From an uncultured Acidobacteriota bacterium (GTDB lineage: Bacteria > Acidobacteriota > UBA6911), in the NCBI GenBank assembly GCA_963827655.1, contig CAWHCF010000026.1, positions 1 to 64,000 on the forward strand: DNA of 64,000 bases, in the 5' to 3' direction. This document shows, piece after piece, positions 41,768 to 52,395 of the stretch. The position numbers and the translations under genes are program-made. The notes under the pieces were generated by a model. The model ran no database searches. It was not told the origin of the DNA and worked only from the letters and a program-made list of their open reading frames with translations. Position 1 is the stretch's first letter, and the number at the start of each line of letters is the position of its first letter.

Positions 41768-44700
41768 TCATCGGGGAGATTCGGTGGTTTTTTTCCCTTC
41801 CCCTGCCGCTGTGTTGGGGGCGTGATAGTTCGGATACGGCGGACGCTTGGGTCGGGCAACCGGGTTTTTCTCCAGTTCTCGCAGAACCAGCTCGACCGCC
41901 GCTTCCAGCTGAGGATCGCGACCTTGCCGCACCAGTTCCGGATCCTGCTCGACTTCAATGTCCGGCGCCACGCCGTGATTCTCCACTTCCCACCGCCCGT
42001 TCGGGTTCCATACTCCTGAACTGGGCGCCGAAACGAACCCGTCATCCATCAGAGACGGCGCGGCTGCCCTTCCGACCAGGCCGCCCCAGGTTCGCTTGCC
42101 GATCAGCTTGCCCACGCCGGCGCGCTTGAAATACCAGGGCATGGCGTCACCGCCCGAACCGGCGAATTCGTTGATGATCATAACCTTCGGTCCGAAGATC
42201 GCGCCCTGGGGTTGAACTTCGTCCTCGCCATCTCGAGTCGCCACCAGGCTGAGCAGCGGCCGCCTCAGGTACTCGATGATGTCCGTCGCCAGCGCGCCGC
42301 CGCCGTTGAAACGCTCGTCGACAATGGCCGCCTCTTTGCCCACCTGAGCGAAGAAGTAGCGGTTGAAATTGGTGAAACCTCCGAATGCCGTGTCGGGCAT
42401 GTATACATAGGCCACGCGCCCCTTGGTCATCTGATCGACCTTGCGGCGGTTGGACTCAATCCACGCCAGGTTCCGCAGCGCCGTCTCGCTGGGCACCGGT
42501 ACTACCGTCACCTCGCGCGCGCCGGTGCCCGAGGGATCGGAGCCAACCTTCAGCAGCACCGACTTGCCGGCGGTGCCCTCGAAGAAGCTGAAGACATTAT
42601 CGGTGTCGCGCAGTTCGCGCCCGTTTACCGCAAGCAGGTATTCGCCCGCCGTGACATTCACCCCGGGTTGGGTCAGGGGCGCCTTCAGCTGGGGGTTCCA
42701 GTTTTCGCCGTTGTAGACCCGCGCAAGACGGTAGCGGCCGTTTTCCAGCTTGTAGTCCGCACCCAGCAACCCGGTCTGCACTCGCTTGACCTCTGGCGAA
42801 TCGCCGCCCCCTGCGAAAAGGTGCCCGACGGTCAGCTCGCCCAGCATTTCCTGGAATAAGTAATTCAAATCGCGCCGCGCGCCCAGCGACTCGATGTAGG
42901 GCGCGTAGCGCTTCTCTGCCGCCGCGAGGTCCAGCCCGTGGTAGCCGGGATCATAGAAGAAGTCGCGCTGGATGCGCCAGGCCTCGCGGTACATCTGTTT
43001 CCATTCGGCGCGCGGATCCACCTTCACTTCGAGCCCGTCCGTCCGGAGCGCGCCCGTCGTTGGTCCGCCGGGCGGCGTGGGTGGCGTCTGTGGCGGAGCG
43101 GCCCCCTGAGCCGCCGCCATGGGCCTGGGCGCGGCAATGATCCAGCGCTCGCCCTGGCGGTACAGCATTTTTTCGCCGTTATGCGAGATCTCGAAGCCGC
43201 GCACGCCTCCGATGGCTACGTCTGATTTGCGCGACTTCAGATCGTGCCGATGCACCGTGAGACTGAATTCCACGCCGGGCGCAAATGCAGGCGCCTCGAC
43301 CGCATACAGCACTCCCGCCTTTCCAACCTGCAGCGATATATATCGCCGCGGCGGCAGGGGCAGCGCCAGAATCCGCTGATCGATGTTGTCGAAATCGATT
43401 TTTACATTGATAGTCTGCGGCTTTGGAGGGGCGGCCGGTTTTGATTCTTCCTTCTTGTCATCGGGCTTCTGGCTGCTGTCTTCGCCCTTGGGGCTGCTTG
43501 TCTCCGGTTGCCTGGCTTCGGGTTTCTTTTCTTCTCCCTTCTCCTCGTCACTCTCCGGCGCCAGTGGCGACGGATCGTCCTTCGAAAGCACGAGCAGATA
43601 GATGCTCCGCGACATGGGCCGGCTGAAGCTGTGGATATCGGGCTGAAGCGAGGGCCCGGCATCCGTGCTGGCCGTGAAATACAGGTATTTGCCGTCTTTG
43701 TCGAAGACCGGGTAGCGCGCATCGCTCATGCCGTCGGTCACCTGAGTGCTCTTGGCGTCCGCGAGCGAGTACAGGTAGATCGCGTTCATGTAGTTCTTCA
43801 ACCTGCGCGCATACGCCAGCCACTTACCGTCCGGCGACCACGCCGGCGTGAGCTCGCCTGATCCACCCCATGTCCAGTATATGTCTTTGTCGACACGCAC
43901 CGGCTTTGGTTGTTCGATATCGACATACCAGATGGCCTGGTGGTTATCCACGTACGCGATTTTCTTGCTGTCGGGCGACCAGCGCGGGGTGAAGTAGAAC
44001 CCTGGCGTCTCGCCCAGCTTGATCTTCTTCGCGTCCCCCATGCCGGTCTGAGCGCGCACGTGCAACTCGTACTCACCCGACTCGTCGGAGAAGTAAGCGA
44101 TCGTCTTGCCGTCGGGGGACCAGACCGGGTCGCGTTCCATCACGGCCATGGTATTGGTCAGGTTTCGGGCATCTCCCTTCTCCGCAGGCACCGTGAGGAT
44201 CTCGCCGCGCCCTTCGAACAGGGCGCGCGCTCCGGTGGGTGAAATGTGCGCGCTGCGCAGCCGGTTGTTGACGTTCACCATGCGCGGTCTCATCTCCAGC
44301 AGGTCCGCAGCGATCCGGACATTCACCGGCTTGGCCTTGCCTGTCTTCAAGTCGTAGAGATGCAGCGCGCCGAACTGCTCGTAGACAATCGCATCAGGAC
44401 CGGCGCCGGCCGACTTGAAGTCGAGCCCCCGGTTTTCAATGACTTGTTTCACTTGCTTCGCCGCGGTGTCGTAGGCGAACAGCGTGGCTGGACCGTTGCG
44501 ATCCGAGAGGAAATAGACCTTATCTCCCAGCCACATCGGGTTAAAGTCGTTCGAATTCTCGCGCGGGACTTTGACGACCTTGCCGGTCGCCAGTGCCGCA
44601 ATCCAGATCGGAGTGGTGCGGCCGCCGCGATACCGTTTCCACGCAGTAAAGGCGCGTTCGAGCGGAACATAGGCCATCTGCGATCCATCGGGCGAATATG

Positions 44701-45177
44701 CCGCCTCGGACCCCATCGGCAGGTCGATCCTCTGCGGGAAGCGCCCCTCCAGATCCACGGTGAACAGCTCTCTGAAGAACGAATGCGAGCTACGGGGGGA
44801 TGTGAAAAGTATGCGCTTTCCGTCGGGCGTCCACCCGAGAACGTTGTCTGGCGCCGGGTGCCACGTCAGCCGCTTGGGAACCCCTCCGACTGAGGGCATG
44901 ACAAACACATCCACATTGCCGTCGTACTCACCATTGAAGGCGATCAGCGATCCATCGGGCGAGAAAACCGGGTTGTTTTCCGCCCCCGCGCCGACGGTGA
45001 GCCGCCTGGCCTCGCCCCCTTCGCGCGCCACACTCCACAAATCACCGGCATACACAAAGACAATGTGCGTCCGGCTCAACGTCGGCTTCTGGGACAGGAT
45101 CAACGAGCCGGCATTGTCGTCCGCCAGGCAAAGCCCGCAGCTCAGAAAGAAAACAGGTACGGAAGGGTGCGAGTCAT
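41768..45177 (-). CDS. Tricorn-like S41 peptidase (PD40 propellers plus PDZ); apparent frameshift in the signal peptide
   Basis: WKRYRGG, GLLGAD, DERFNGGG, AGSGGD and GKRTWGG. ATG 45177 follows AAGGAG. Confidence 0.93.
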
Positions 45178-45562
45178 GATGGTCTCCTTTTCCAAGGATT
45201 CAATGAGAGAAGAAGCGGACACAGTAGCATGCCGCCTGCACGGGCAGCCAAAAACTGACGAGGTGGTATAGGTTCCCCCGGGAGTAGCGCTTTGTTAGAC
45301 GTCGCCTGCTGCGCTGAAAAGTTGCGTTAAGAAGCGCTTGGTGTTGCTTCGGGGCTATGAAGTCCTGGTGTGTATTTGTATTCGCAGCGCTGACCACCGC
45401 CAAGATTGTTCTTGCGTCCAGTCCGAACGTGTGAAATCCTCTGCGCGATGAAAATCTAGCCGCGTCACCGCCTCGTAGCAAGACGTCATTCATATCCTTA
45501 GTCCCGGCCTGAAGCTCGGGCCTGCCCGGCGGGAAAGTCGCCCGCTGCTTCCAGAGAGTTTC

Positions 45563-46519
45563 ATGAGAGAAATCGCAATCGAAGTCGAAAATCTGGTTAA
45601 AGTCTATCAACCACGCAGGCGCTCACCGGTGCGCGCGGTCGACGGAATGAGCTTCACGGTCGAGCGCGGCCAGATTTTCGGTCTGCTCGGTCCCAACGGA
45701 GCCGGCAAGACTACTATCATCAAAGTGCTGGCGACCCTTCTGCAGCCCACGAGTGGCAGGGCCCGGGTTCTCGGCTGCGACGTTCTGGAGCGCCCGCTCG
45801 AAGTGCGCCGGCGCATCTCGGTGGTCCTGCAGGAGAGCGCGGTCGAGATGTTTCTGACCGTGCGCGACAACCTGCTCACCTTCGCCCGATTCCACGGGAT
45901 TCCAGGCCATGAGGCGCGGCGGCGCGCTCTTGACGTGATGGAGCGTTTCGCAATCGCGGCCGAAGCGGATCGCAAGGTCCAGGACCTGAGCGGGGGATAT
46001 CGGCGTCGGGTCCAGGTGGCTAAGACTTTCATGGTGGAAACGCCCGTGCTGTTCCTCGATGAGTTCTCCACCGGAATGGATCCAATCTTGAAGCGCGCGA
46101 TCATGGGATACTTGCGCGAGTCGGCATCGAGCGGCCGCACGATCATCCTGACGACCCAGATCCTCAGTGAAGCCGAAGAACTCTGCGACGACATTCTCAT
46201 CATGAATCACGGACGGCAGGTGGCGCGCGGCGACCTGCGCGCGCTCAAACTGCTGTCCCAGGGTGTGTACGAAGTGGCGATTACGTTCGACCAGCTGCCG
46301 GCTTCCATCGAGGCCGATCTCGAGCGCTTCAGGCCTCTGCGCGTCGGCCTGAGTCAAAACACGGTAGAGCTGGCGCTGAAGGCTGACGAGGGACAAGTCC
46401 TGGAACTCGTCGGCGAACTGGCCAGGAAAAGCCGGGTCCTGCATGTCGAGATCGGCGGCGCGAGCCTGGAGGACATCTTCATTGAGCTCACCGGGGAACG
46501 CCAGGAGGTAAGCCCATGA
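45563..46519 (+). CDS. ABC-2 exporter ATP-binding protein
   Basis: GPNGAGKTT, LSGG and FLDE. Confidence 0.93.
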   Translation: MREIAIEVENLVKVYQPRRRSPVRAVDGMSFTVERGQIFGLLGPNGAGKTTIIKVLATLLQPTSGRARVLGCDVLERPLEVRRRISVVLQESAVEMFLTVRDNLLTFARFHGIPGHEARRRALDVMERFAIAAEADRKVQDLSGGYRRRVQVAKTFMVETPVLFLDEFSTGMDPILKRAIMGYLRESASSGRTIILTTQILSEAEELCDDILIMNHGRQVARGDLRALKLLSQGVYEVAITFDQLPASIEADLERFRPLRVGLSQNTVELALKADEGQVLELVGELARKSRVLHVEIGGASLEDIFIELTGERQEVSP

Positions 46520-47268
46520 AGGCGATTGCTGCCGTGCTCTATCGAGAGGGCAAGATCCGGTTTACCAACTCCCTCTGGATCTTCTGGGACCTGCTCTATC
46601 CGCTGGGGTACCTGCTGGTCTTCGGCGTCGGAATGAATTACGCGATGGGATCGCCGTTTGCCGGCGCAGCTCTCGATTACAACGCGTTTTTTCTTGCCAG
46701 CGTCCTGGCGATGGCGTGCTTCGGAATCGCGTCCAACTCGGCCTGGGGATTCTTCGTCGACCGCGACAATGGCATCTTTTACGAGATGCTTACCTATCCG
46801 CTCAGCCGGGCCGAGTTCCTGATCGGAAAGGTAGCGTTCAACCTGCTGCTGGGAATCATGCAGGCGGTCATTACGGTTGCGGCGTCGTGGGCGATCCTCG
46901 ATGTCCCGGTGCGCGCCGACCTCGCGCCGCTCCTCATCCTGGGCGTCGTGGGCGGGACGGCGGGCTGGTTCTTCTTCTATGCCATCTTCGCCCTGAGGAT
47001 TCGTCGCAACGACCTGTTCAACACGGTCAATTCAATCTTTTACTTTGTGTTCCTCTTTCTCAGCTCGATGTTCTACCCGCTGGAGCCTCTTCCGACCTGG
47101 TTTCGCGTGGTCGCCCTGGCCAATCCCGTCACCTGGCAGGTCGATCTCTTGCGCTACAGCACGATCGGCATGGGCGACCCCTGGCTCGTGGCAGTCGAAA
47201 CGGCTTGCTTTGGGCTTTTCTCCCTGGCCGCCTTGGGCTACGCCATACGCTGCCTGCGCCAGCAGTGA
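46516..47268 (+). CDS. ABC-2 exporter permease
   Basis: Six TM segments, FLSSMFYP..LP.W...NP.T. ATGA overlap with the ATPase gene. Confidence 0.9.
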   Translation: MKAIAAVLYREGKIRFTNSLWIFWDLLYPLGYLLVFGVGMNYAMGSPFAGAALDYNAFFLASVLAMACFGIASNSAWGFFVDRDNGIFYEMLTYPLSRAEFLIGKVAFNLLLGIMQAVITVAASWAILDVPVRADLAPLLILGVVGGTAGWFFFYAIFALRIRRNDLFNTVNSIFYFVFLFLSSMFYPLEPLPTWFRVVALANPVTWQVDLLRYSTIGMGDPWLVAVETACFGLFSLAALGYAIRCLRQQ

Positions 47269-47493
47269 AACCAATTAGGGACGTCCCCGATTTTGGGGCG
47301 TTGCAATTGTAATGAGCTTTAGGGTATCGAGTCGCATAGTCTTATAATCCTTTCGATCCTTGGAGAGGTTTCCGTTCGCGCACTCGCGACAGAGACACAA
47401 GAACGTTCTTCTCCAGACCGGTTGTCAAGACTCAATGCGCTGGCTGTTTGAGGATCGGGGCAGCCAGAAACCCATGAAGGAAGGTAGCTGAAC

Positions 47494-47817
47494 ATGGCAT
47501 ATACGTTTCAGGAACTCAAAGGGAAGACCGTGGCACAGATGCGCGAGATCGCGGCGGGCATCGATCACGAAGCCTTGCAGGGCCATACCCAGATGAATAA
47601 AGAACACCTGCTGGCGGCCCTGTGCAAGGCACTCGGGATCGATATGCATGCGCACCACGAGGTAAAGGGCATCAACAAGGCTGAAATGAAGGCTAAGATC
47701 CGGGATTTGAAAAAGAAGCGCGACCAGGCGCTCGCGGATCACAACCACCCTCAATTGAAAGCGGTCCGGCGCGACATTCACCATCTCAAGAGGGCAATGC
47801 GGAGAGCCATGGTTTAA
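47494..47817 (+). CDS. Small basic His-rich hypothetical protein with a Rho-N-like N-terminus
   Basis: ELKGKTVAQMREIA...MNKEHLL resembles the Rho N-terminal helix pair. RBS present. Confidence 0.7.
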   Translation: MAYTFQELKGKTVAQMREIAAGIDHEALQGHTQMNKEHLLAALCKALGIDMHAHHEVKGINKAEMKAKIRDLKKKRDQALADHNHPQLKAVRRDIHHLKRAMRRAMV

Positions 47818-47818
47818 A

Positions 47819-47895
47819 TTTGTCATTTTTCACTGGTCATTAGTCATTTGTCATTGACAGCATCCGAAAATGAGAAATGATGACCAATGACCAAT
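47819..47895. repeat. Degenerate heptamer repeats (TNGTCAT)n with inverted (ATGACCA)n
   Basis: TTGTCAT..TGGTCAT TAGTCAT TTGTCAT, then ATGACCA ATGACCA. Confidence 0.7.
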
Positions 47896-47950
47896 GGAGG
47901 TGTTATTCTCGCCCTCGGCCAAACCAACATACTCGGGCATGGAGGTGCTG

Positions 47951-50900
47951 ATGTTTATCCGCCGGACCGTTTGTGCGACTTGCTTTCTCTTCATTGCGTT
48001 TCATGTTTCTGCCCAGACTCCTTCGGGTGAAATAACGGGTCACGTCCTGGATCCCAGCGGGTCGGTGGTGCCCGGAGTTACGGTCACCCTTACCAACCCC
48101 GCCACCAATGCTGTCAGGGCAGTACACACTAACGAGTCGGGCTGGTACTTTCTCCCGGCGCTGCAACCGGGTGTCTACAACCTGAAAGTCGAGTTGAGTG
48201 GATTTCGAACCCTGGAGCGAAAGGATGTCCAGGTCCAGGTGGGAAGCTCAAACCGCATCGATTTCACGTTGCAGCTGGGCAACCTGGAAAACGTGCTCGA
48301 AGTCCTGGGTGGCGCCCCCGTTCTTGAAACGGAGACGACCTCGGTCGGAACGGTGATCGAGAACCGGCGCATCGTCGAACTTCCTCTGAATGGGAGGAAC
48401 TACCTCCAGCTCACTTCTCTGATTCCCGGAGCCACCACCAATGGCCCGTCGTCGTCCCAGGGAAAGCAACGGATGGGGGGCCAGCGCAACAGCTTCGCCT
48501 TGAATGTCAGCGGCCAGCGGATTCATTTCAATCACTATTCGCTCGACGGCATCGAGAACACGGATCTCAATTTCAACAGCTATATGCTGCTCCCATCCAT
48601 CGATGCGCTGCAGGAATTCAAAGTGGAGAGCGGTCTCTTCGAAGCCGAGTATGGACGCGCCATCGCCCAGGTCAACGTGTCTACCAAGTCGGGCACGAAC
48701 GACCTGCATGGCGCTCTTTTCGAGTTTGTGCGCAACTCCGCCCTGGACGCCAAGAACTACTTCGACCGTAAGGACCAGTCGATCCCGCCATTCAAGCGCA
48801 ACCAGTATGGTTTTACGGCCGGAGGTCCCATCGTCATCCCGAAGATCGTGAACGGAAAAGACAAGCTTTTCTTTCTGACCAACTGGGAAGGGCTGCGCGA
48901 ACGCAAAGCCCTCACCAGCACGATCTCGGTTCCGGTCGCACCCGAGCGCAACGGCGACTTTTCGGCCAATCCCAGCATCATCTACGATCCGGCGACCCGC
49001 ACCTTCGATGCGGCGGGCAACGTGATCGCGCCCCCCACTCCTTTCCCTGGCAATATCATTCCCCAGAACCGAATAGACCCTGTCTCGCGCAAGCTCATGG
49101 ATTTCTTCCCGCTGCCTCAGACTTCCGCGCGCGCGCTGAACTTCGTCAACAACGAAGGACGGAGGATCGACGCCGACCAGTTCACCTACCGGATTGATTT
49201 TACCCAGAGCCCGAACATCAGCTGGTTCTTCCGCCAGAGCCTCTCGTCCGAGCTGGGCTACGACCCGTTCCCGGTCCCCGACATGGGGATCAATACCGAC
49301 ACGGACGTCAACCAGGGCGTTTTGAGCAACACGTGGGTGTTCGGGTCCAACAAGGTCAACGAGATCAAGTTCGGGTTGATGCGGCTGGCCAACGCCCACA
49401 TCTCGCCGCGCGCGAACAATCAGAATGTGGTCAAGGAACTCGGGATCAATATCCCCTCCGACAACCCGCTTTACTGGGGCGTTCCGAACATCGGTATCTC
49501 CGGCATCGCGGGACTCGGTGAAGAGAGCGACGCGCCCTTCATCAATTACGATACGACGATCCAGCTGATGGAAAACTTCTCCTGGACGCGCGGAAAGCAT
49601 TCGTTCAAGTTCGGCGGCGAGATCCGGCGCGTCCGCTACAACCAGATCGGCGGCGTCGTGACTCGGGGCCGATTCAACTTCGATAACCGCTACACACGAA
49701 ACCCCCTGGCGCCGGCGGCGCAGAGCGGCGGCGCCCCCATGGCCGACTTCCTGCTCGGACACTTTAACAACGCGGAGGGACAGATCGGAGCTCCCATCGC
49801 CAACTTCCGCTCCAGCTACTTCGCGCTTTATTTCCAGGACAACTGGAAAGTGACGCCGAAGCTGACCGTCAACTGGGGGCTGCGCTGGGAGAACGATCAG
49901 CCCTTCCTCGACAGATACGACGCCATCGTCAATATCGACTTTCGCTGGGATCACTCGATCGAACCCACATACGTGCGTGCGGGCACCGGCGATCCCTTTG
50001 AAGGGAACCCGGCCTTTCCGCTGTCTCCGGACATCAAGTATGTGAGGGACGGCCGCTTCGGCCGCCGCGCCTATATGAATGACCTGAATGATTTCGGACC
50101 GCGGCTGGGGATTGCATATCAGATCACGCCTCGGACCGTCCTGCGCACCGGTTTCGGCGTTTACTACGTGCGTGACATAGGCAATGCCGTCTTCGACATC
50201 GTCCGGAACGCGCCGTTCACGATCCGCCGCAACGAGCCGGCCCAGACCTTTCGTCCCAACCTGAGCTTCCAGAAACCATTCGATCAAACCGGCGCGCCGA
50301 CGTTCATCTTGATAAACCAGTTTCACGAGCCGACCTCATACGTGAACCAGTGGTCTTTCGGATTGCAGCAGGAGCTGACCCGCGACATGTCGTTTGAAGC
50401 CAACTACGTGGGCTCGTCAGGGGTCAAGCTTCGGCGTTTGACGACCTACAACAACCCCGAGCCCAGCGATGCTCCCAACATCAATTCGGTTCGGCCGTTT
50501 CCCAAGTTCGGCGGGTTCCAGAATATGAATGCTCCCAGCCACTCTACCTACCATGCCTTGCAGTTGCGCCTCCAGCAGCGCTTCGCTCACGGTTTCACTA
50601 TTCTGAGTTCCTTCGCCTACGGAAAATCGATCGACAACGGGAGTGGAATCCGGACGACGGACGGCGACACGCTTACGCCTTCGAATAACTACGATCTGGA
50701 ACTGGACCGAGGTCTCTCGGCGTTTGATTTCCGCCGCAGGTGGACCAACTCCTGGCTCTATGAGCTGCCGTTCGGTAAGGGAAGACGGTTCATGAATCTC
50801 GGTGGTCTGTCTAACGTGCTGCTGGGCGGCTGGCAGTTCGGTGGAATTCTGACCTTGCAGGACGGCTTTCCACTCACCGCGCTATGCAGTTCGGGCACTC

Positions 50901-51286
50901 CTCAGAATGGCGGCGGCGCCTGCTACCCGGATGCCACCGGCATCAGTCCCAATTTCGAGTCAGGGGAGGACCGGAAGCGCGAGCGATTCTTCAACACAGA
51001 TGCTTTCATTGATCGAGGACCGATTGGGCCGCGGTACCGTTACGGCAACTCCGCCCGCAATACCATCATCGGACCTGGCATCATCAATCTGGACGCCTCC
51101 TTGCACAAGAAGTTCGATATTACCGAGACGACGTACGTGGAATTTCGCACGGAGTTCTTCAACATGCCCAACCATCCGATCTGGAATCCTCCGGGCCGGA
51201 CGCTGGGCCAGCCTGACTACGGAGTGATTACCGGCACGAGAATCGACTCGAGGCAGATCCAGTTTGCGCTGCGGTTGGTCTTTTGA
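47951..51286 (+). CDS. TonB-dependent receptor (Oar-like), intact
   Basis: LPLNGRNY, TKSGTN, FGPRLG and IQFALRLVF. GGAGG precedes ATG 47951. Confidence 0.95.
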   Translation: MFIRRTVCATCFLFIAFHVSAQTPSGEITGHVLDPSGSVVPGVTVTLTNPATNAVRAVHTNESGWYFLPALQPGVYNLKVELSGFRTLERKDVQVQVGSSNRIDFTLQLGNLENVLEVLGGAPVLETETTSVGTVIENRRIVELPLNGRNYLQLTSLIPGATTNGPSSSQGKQRMGGQRNSFALNVSGQRIHFNHYSLDGIENTDLNFNSYMLLPSIDALQEFKVESGLFEAEYGRAIAQVNVSTKSGTNDLHGALFEFVRNSALDAKNYFDRKDQSIPPFKRNQYGFTAGGPIVIPKIVNGKDKLFFLTNWEGLRERKALTSTISVPVAPERNGDFSANPSIIYDPATRTFDAAGNVIAPPTPFPGNIIPQNRIDPVSRKLMDFFPLPQTSARALNFVNNEGRRIDADQFTYRIDFTQSPNISWFFRQSLSSELGYDPFPVPDMGINTDTDVNQGVLSNTWVFGSNKVNEIKFGLMRLANAHISPRANNQNVVKELGINIPSDNPLYWGVPNIGISGIAGLGEESDAPFINYDTTIQLMENFSWTRGKHSFKFGGEIRRVRYNQIGGVVTRGRFNFDNRYTRNPLAPAAQSGGAPMADFLLGHFNNAEGQIGAPIANFRSSYFALYFQDNWKVTPKLTVNWGLRWENDQPFLDRYDAIVNIDFRWDHSIEPTYVRAGTGDPFEGNPAFPLSPDIKYVRDGRFGRRAYMNDLNDFGPRLGIAYQITPRTVLRTGFGVYYVRDIGNAVFDIVRNAPFTIRRNEPAQTFRPNLSFQKPFDQTGAPTFILINQFHEPTSYVNQWSFGLQQELTRDMSFEANYVGSSGVKLRRLTTYNNPEPSDAPNINSVRPFPKFGGFQNMNAPSHSTYHALQLRLQQRFAHGFTILSSFAYGKSIDNGSGIRTTDGDTLTPSNNYDLELDRGLSAFDFRRRWTNSWLYELPFGKGRRFMNLGGLSNVLLGGWQFGGILTLQDGFPLTALCSSGTPQNGGGACYPDATGISPNFESGEDRKRERFFNTDAFIDRGPIGPRYRYGNSARNTIIGPGIINLDASLHKKFDITETTYVEFRTEFFNMPNHPIWNPPGRTLGQPDYGVITGTRIDSRQIQFALRLVF

Positions 51287-51611
51287 TCTTTGCTAAGAAA
51301 CACATCGCGGCCTACCGCTCGTCATCCATCAAAGCCCTTCCAGGCTCTACCCAAGGTCTCCTTTCGGATATAGGCTATCCAAACAGATAGAAGCTCGCTC
51401 TCACCCGCTGCGCGTTCCTTCTTACAGGCTGCGTCGCAGATTTTTGTCAAGTGCAAGAAGTTCAATTCCTTCCAGGAAGTGGGTTTTGTCTGGCGATCCC
51501 ACTGTCACGTTGGCCCAGCGTTTGCAATGGCTCGCTCACGCGTTCCGAAGTCATATTGGCTTCGGAGTTGGGCAGTGAGATTGAACGTCACGTTGAGGAA
51601 AGGAGCATTCT

Positions 51612-52115
51612 ATGAAGTTAGCAGTAGTTGCGTTAACAGTAGTTGCATTATTGGGCGCCCTGCTCCCGAGTCCTGTACTTGCGGACGCACGGTATGCTGT
51701 CGTCCACATTACCAACAACACTTACTCGGACATGTCATTCTACCGCAGGTGGGTGTGGAACTACGGAAAGCCGAATGAAAGAGTTCAGATCGACTGGCGG
51801 ATGACCAAGATACCACCTGGGGCGACATACACAGTCCACTTCGCTTACGATGGCGCGCATAGGCGCAGCCCTGATCTGATTGTGGTGTTCGACTCGGATC
51901 GAAACAACGGGACACATTGGGAGATGGTGAAGCTCCTCCGAGGGGCTTCTGAAGACTACCGGGACAGGAACTCTGGATTCACTTATAACCTGGAGTTCGA
52001 CAATGATCGCAGGGAGTACGCAAGCCTGCGCGCGAGGAATGGAGGGAGCGTGACCATCCTGGACCGTCGGGCGTCTCGTCCAATGAACGCCGAAGAATTC
52101 TCATTCCGTCGCTAA
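51612..52115 (+). CDS. Secreted hypothetical protein
   Basis: AAGGAG RBS, classic signal peptide ending VLA-D, and a beta-rich mature region. Confidence 0.72.
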   Translation: MKLAVVALTVVALLGALLPSPVLADARYAVVHITNNTYSDMSFYRRWVWNYGKPNERVQIDWRMTKIPPGATYTVHFAYDGAHRRSPDLIVVFDSDRNNGTHWEMVKLLRGASEDYRDRNSGFTYNLEFDNDRREYASLRARNGGSVTILDRRASRPMNAEEFSFRR

Positions 52116-52395
52116 GGGCAGCATCAACGCAGGCATTCGACTCTGTATGGAGTGGGCGGCGCGGCGGGTGCACGGTACCGAGTGCACACCGAAGCCTCAA
52201 GATCTCTGGATGCTCCAGGTCGCGCGCAATCTCCGCGCCGCTGCCGGATTTCTGCGGGCAAGAATTACCTGCTGACGGATTGCGAGAGAGGTTTTACGAC
52301 TCGTTCCGGTTGATCCTTAAGCAGGCCGGGGGGCATGGGCGAAAGCCTCGACTGGCGCCAGAATAGCTCCGTGAAGCCAAAGTGCAGTCATCAGC

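Noticed and set aside
48248-50326. Long antisense ORFs (e.g. 692 aa here; 434 aa at 13372-14676)
   Set aside because: These are shadow ORFs of GC-rich genes on the opposite strand and lack protein motifs.
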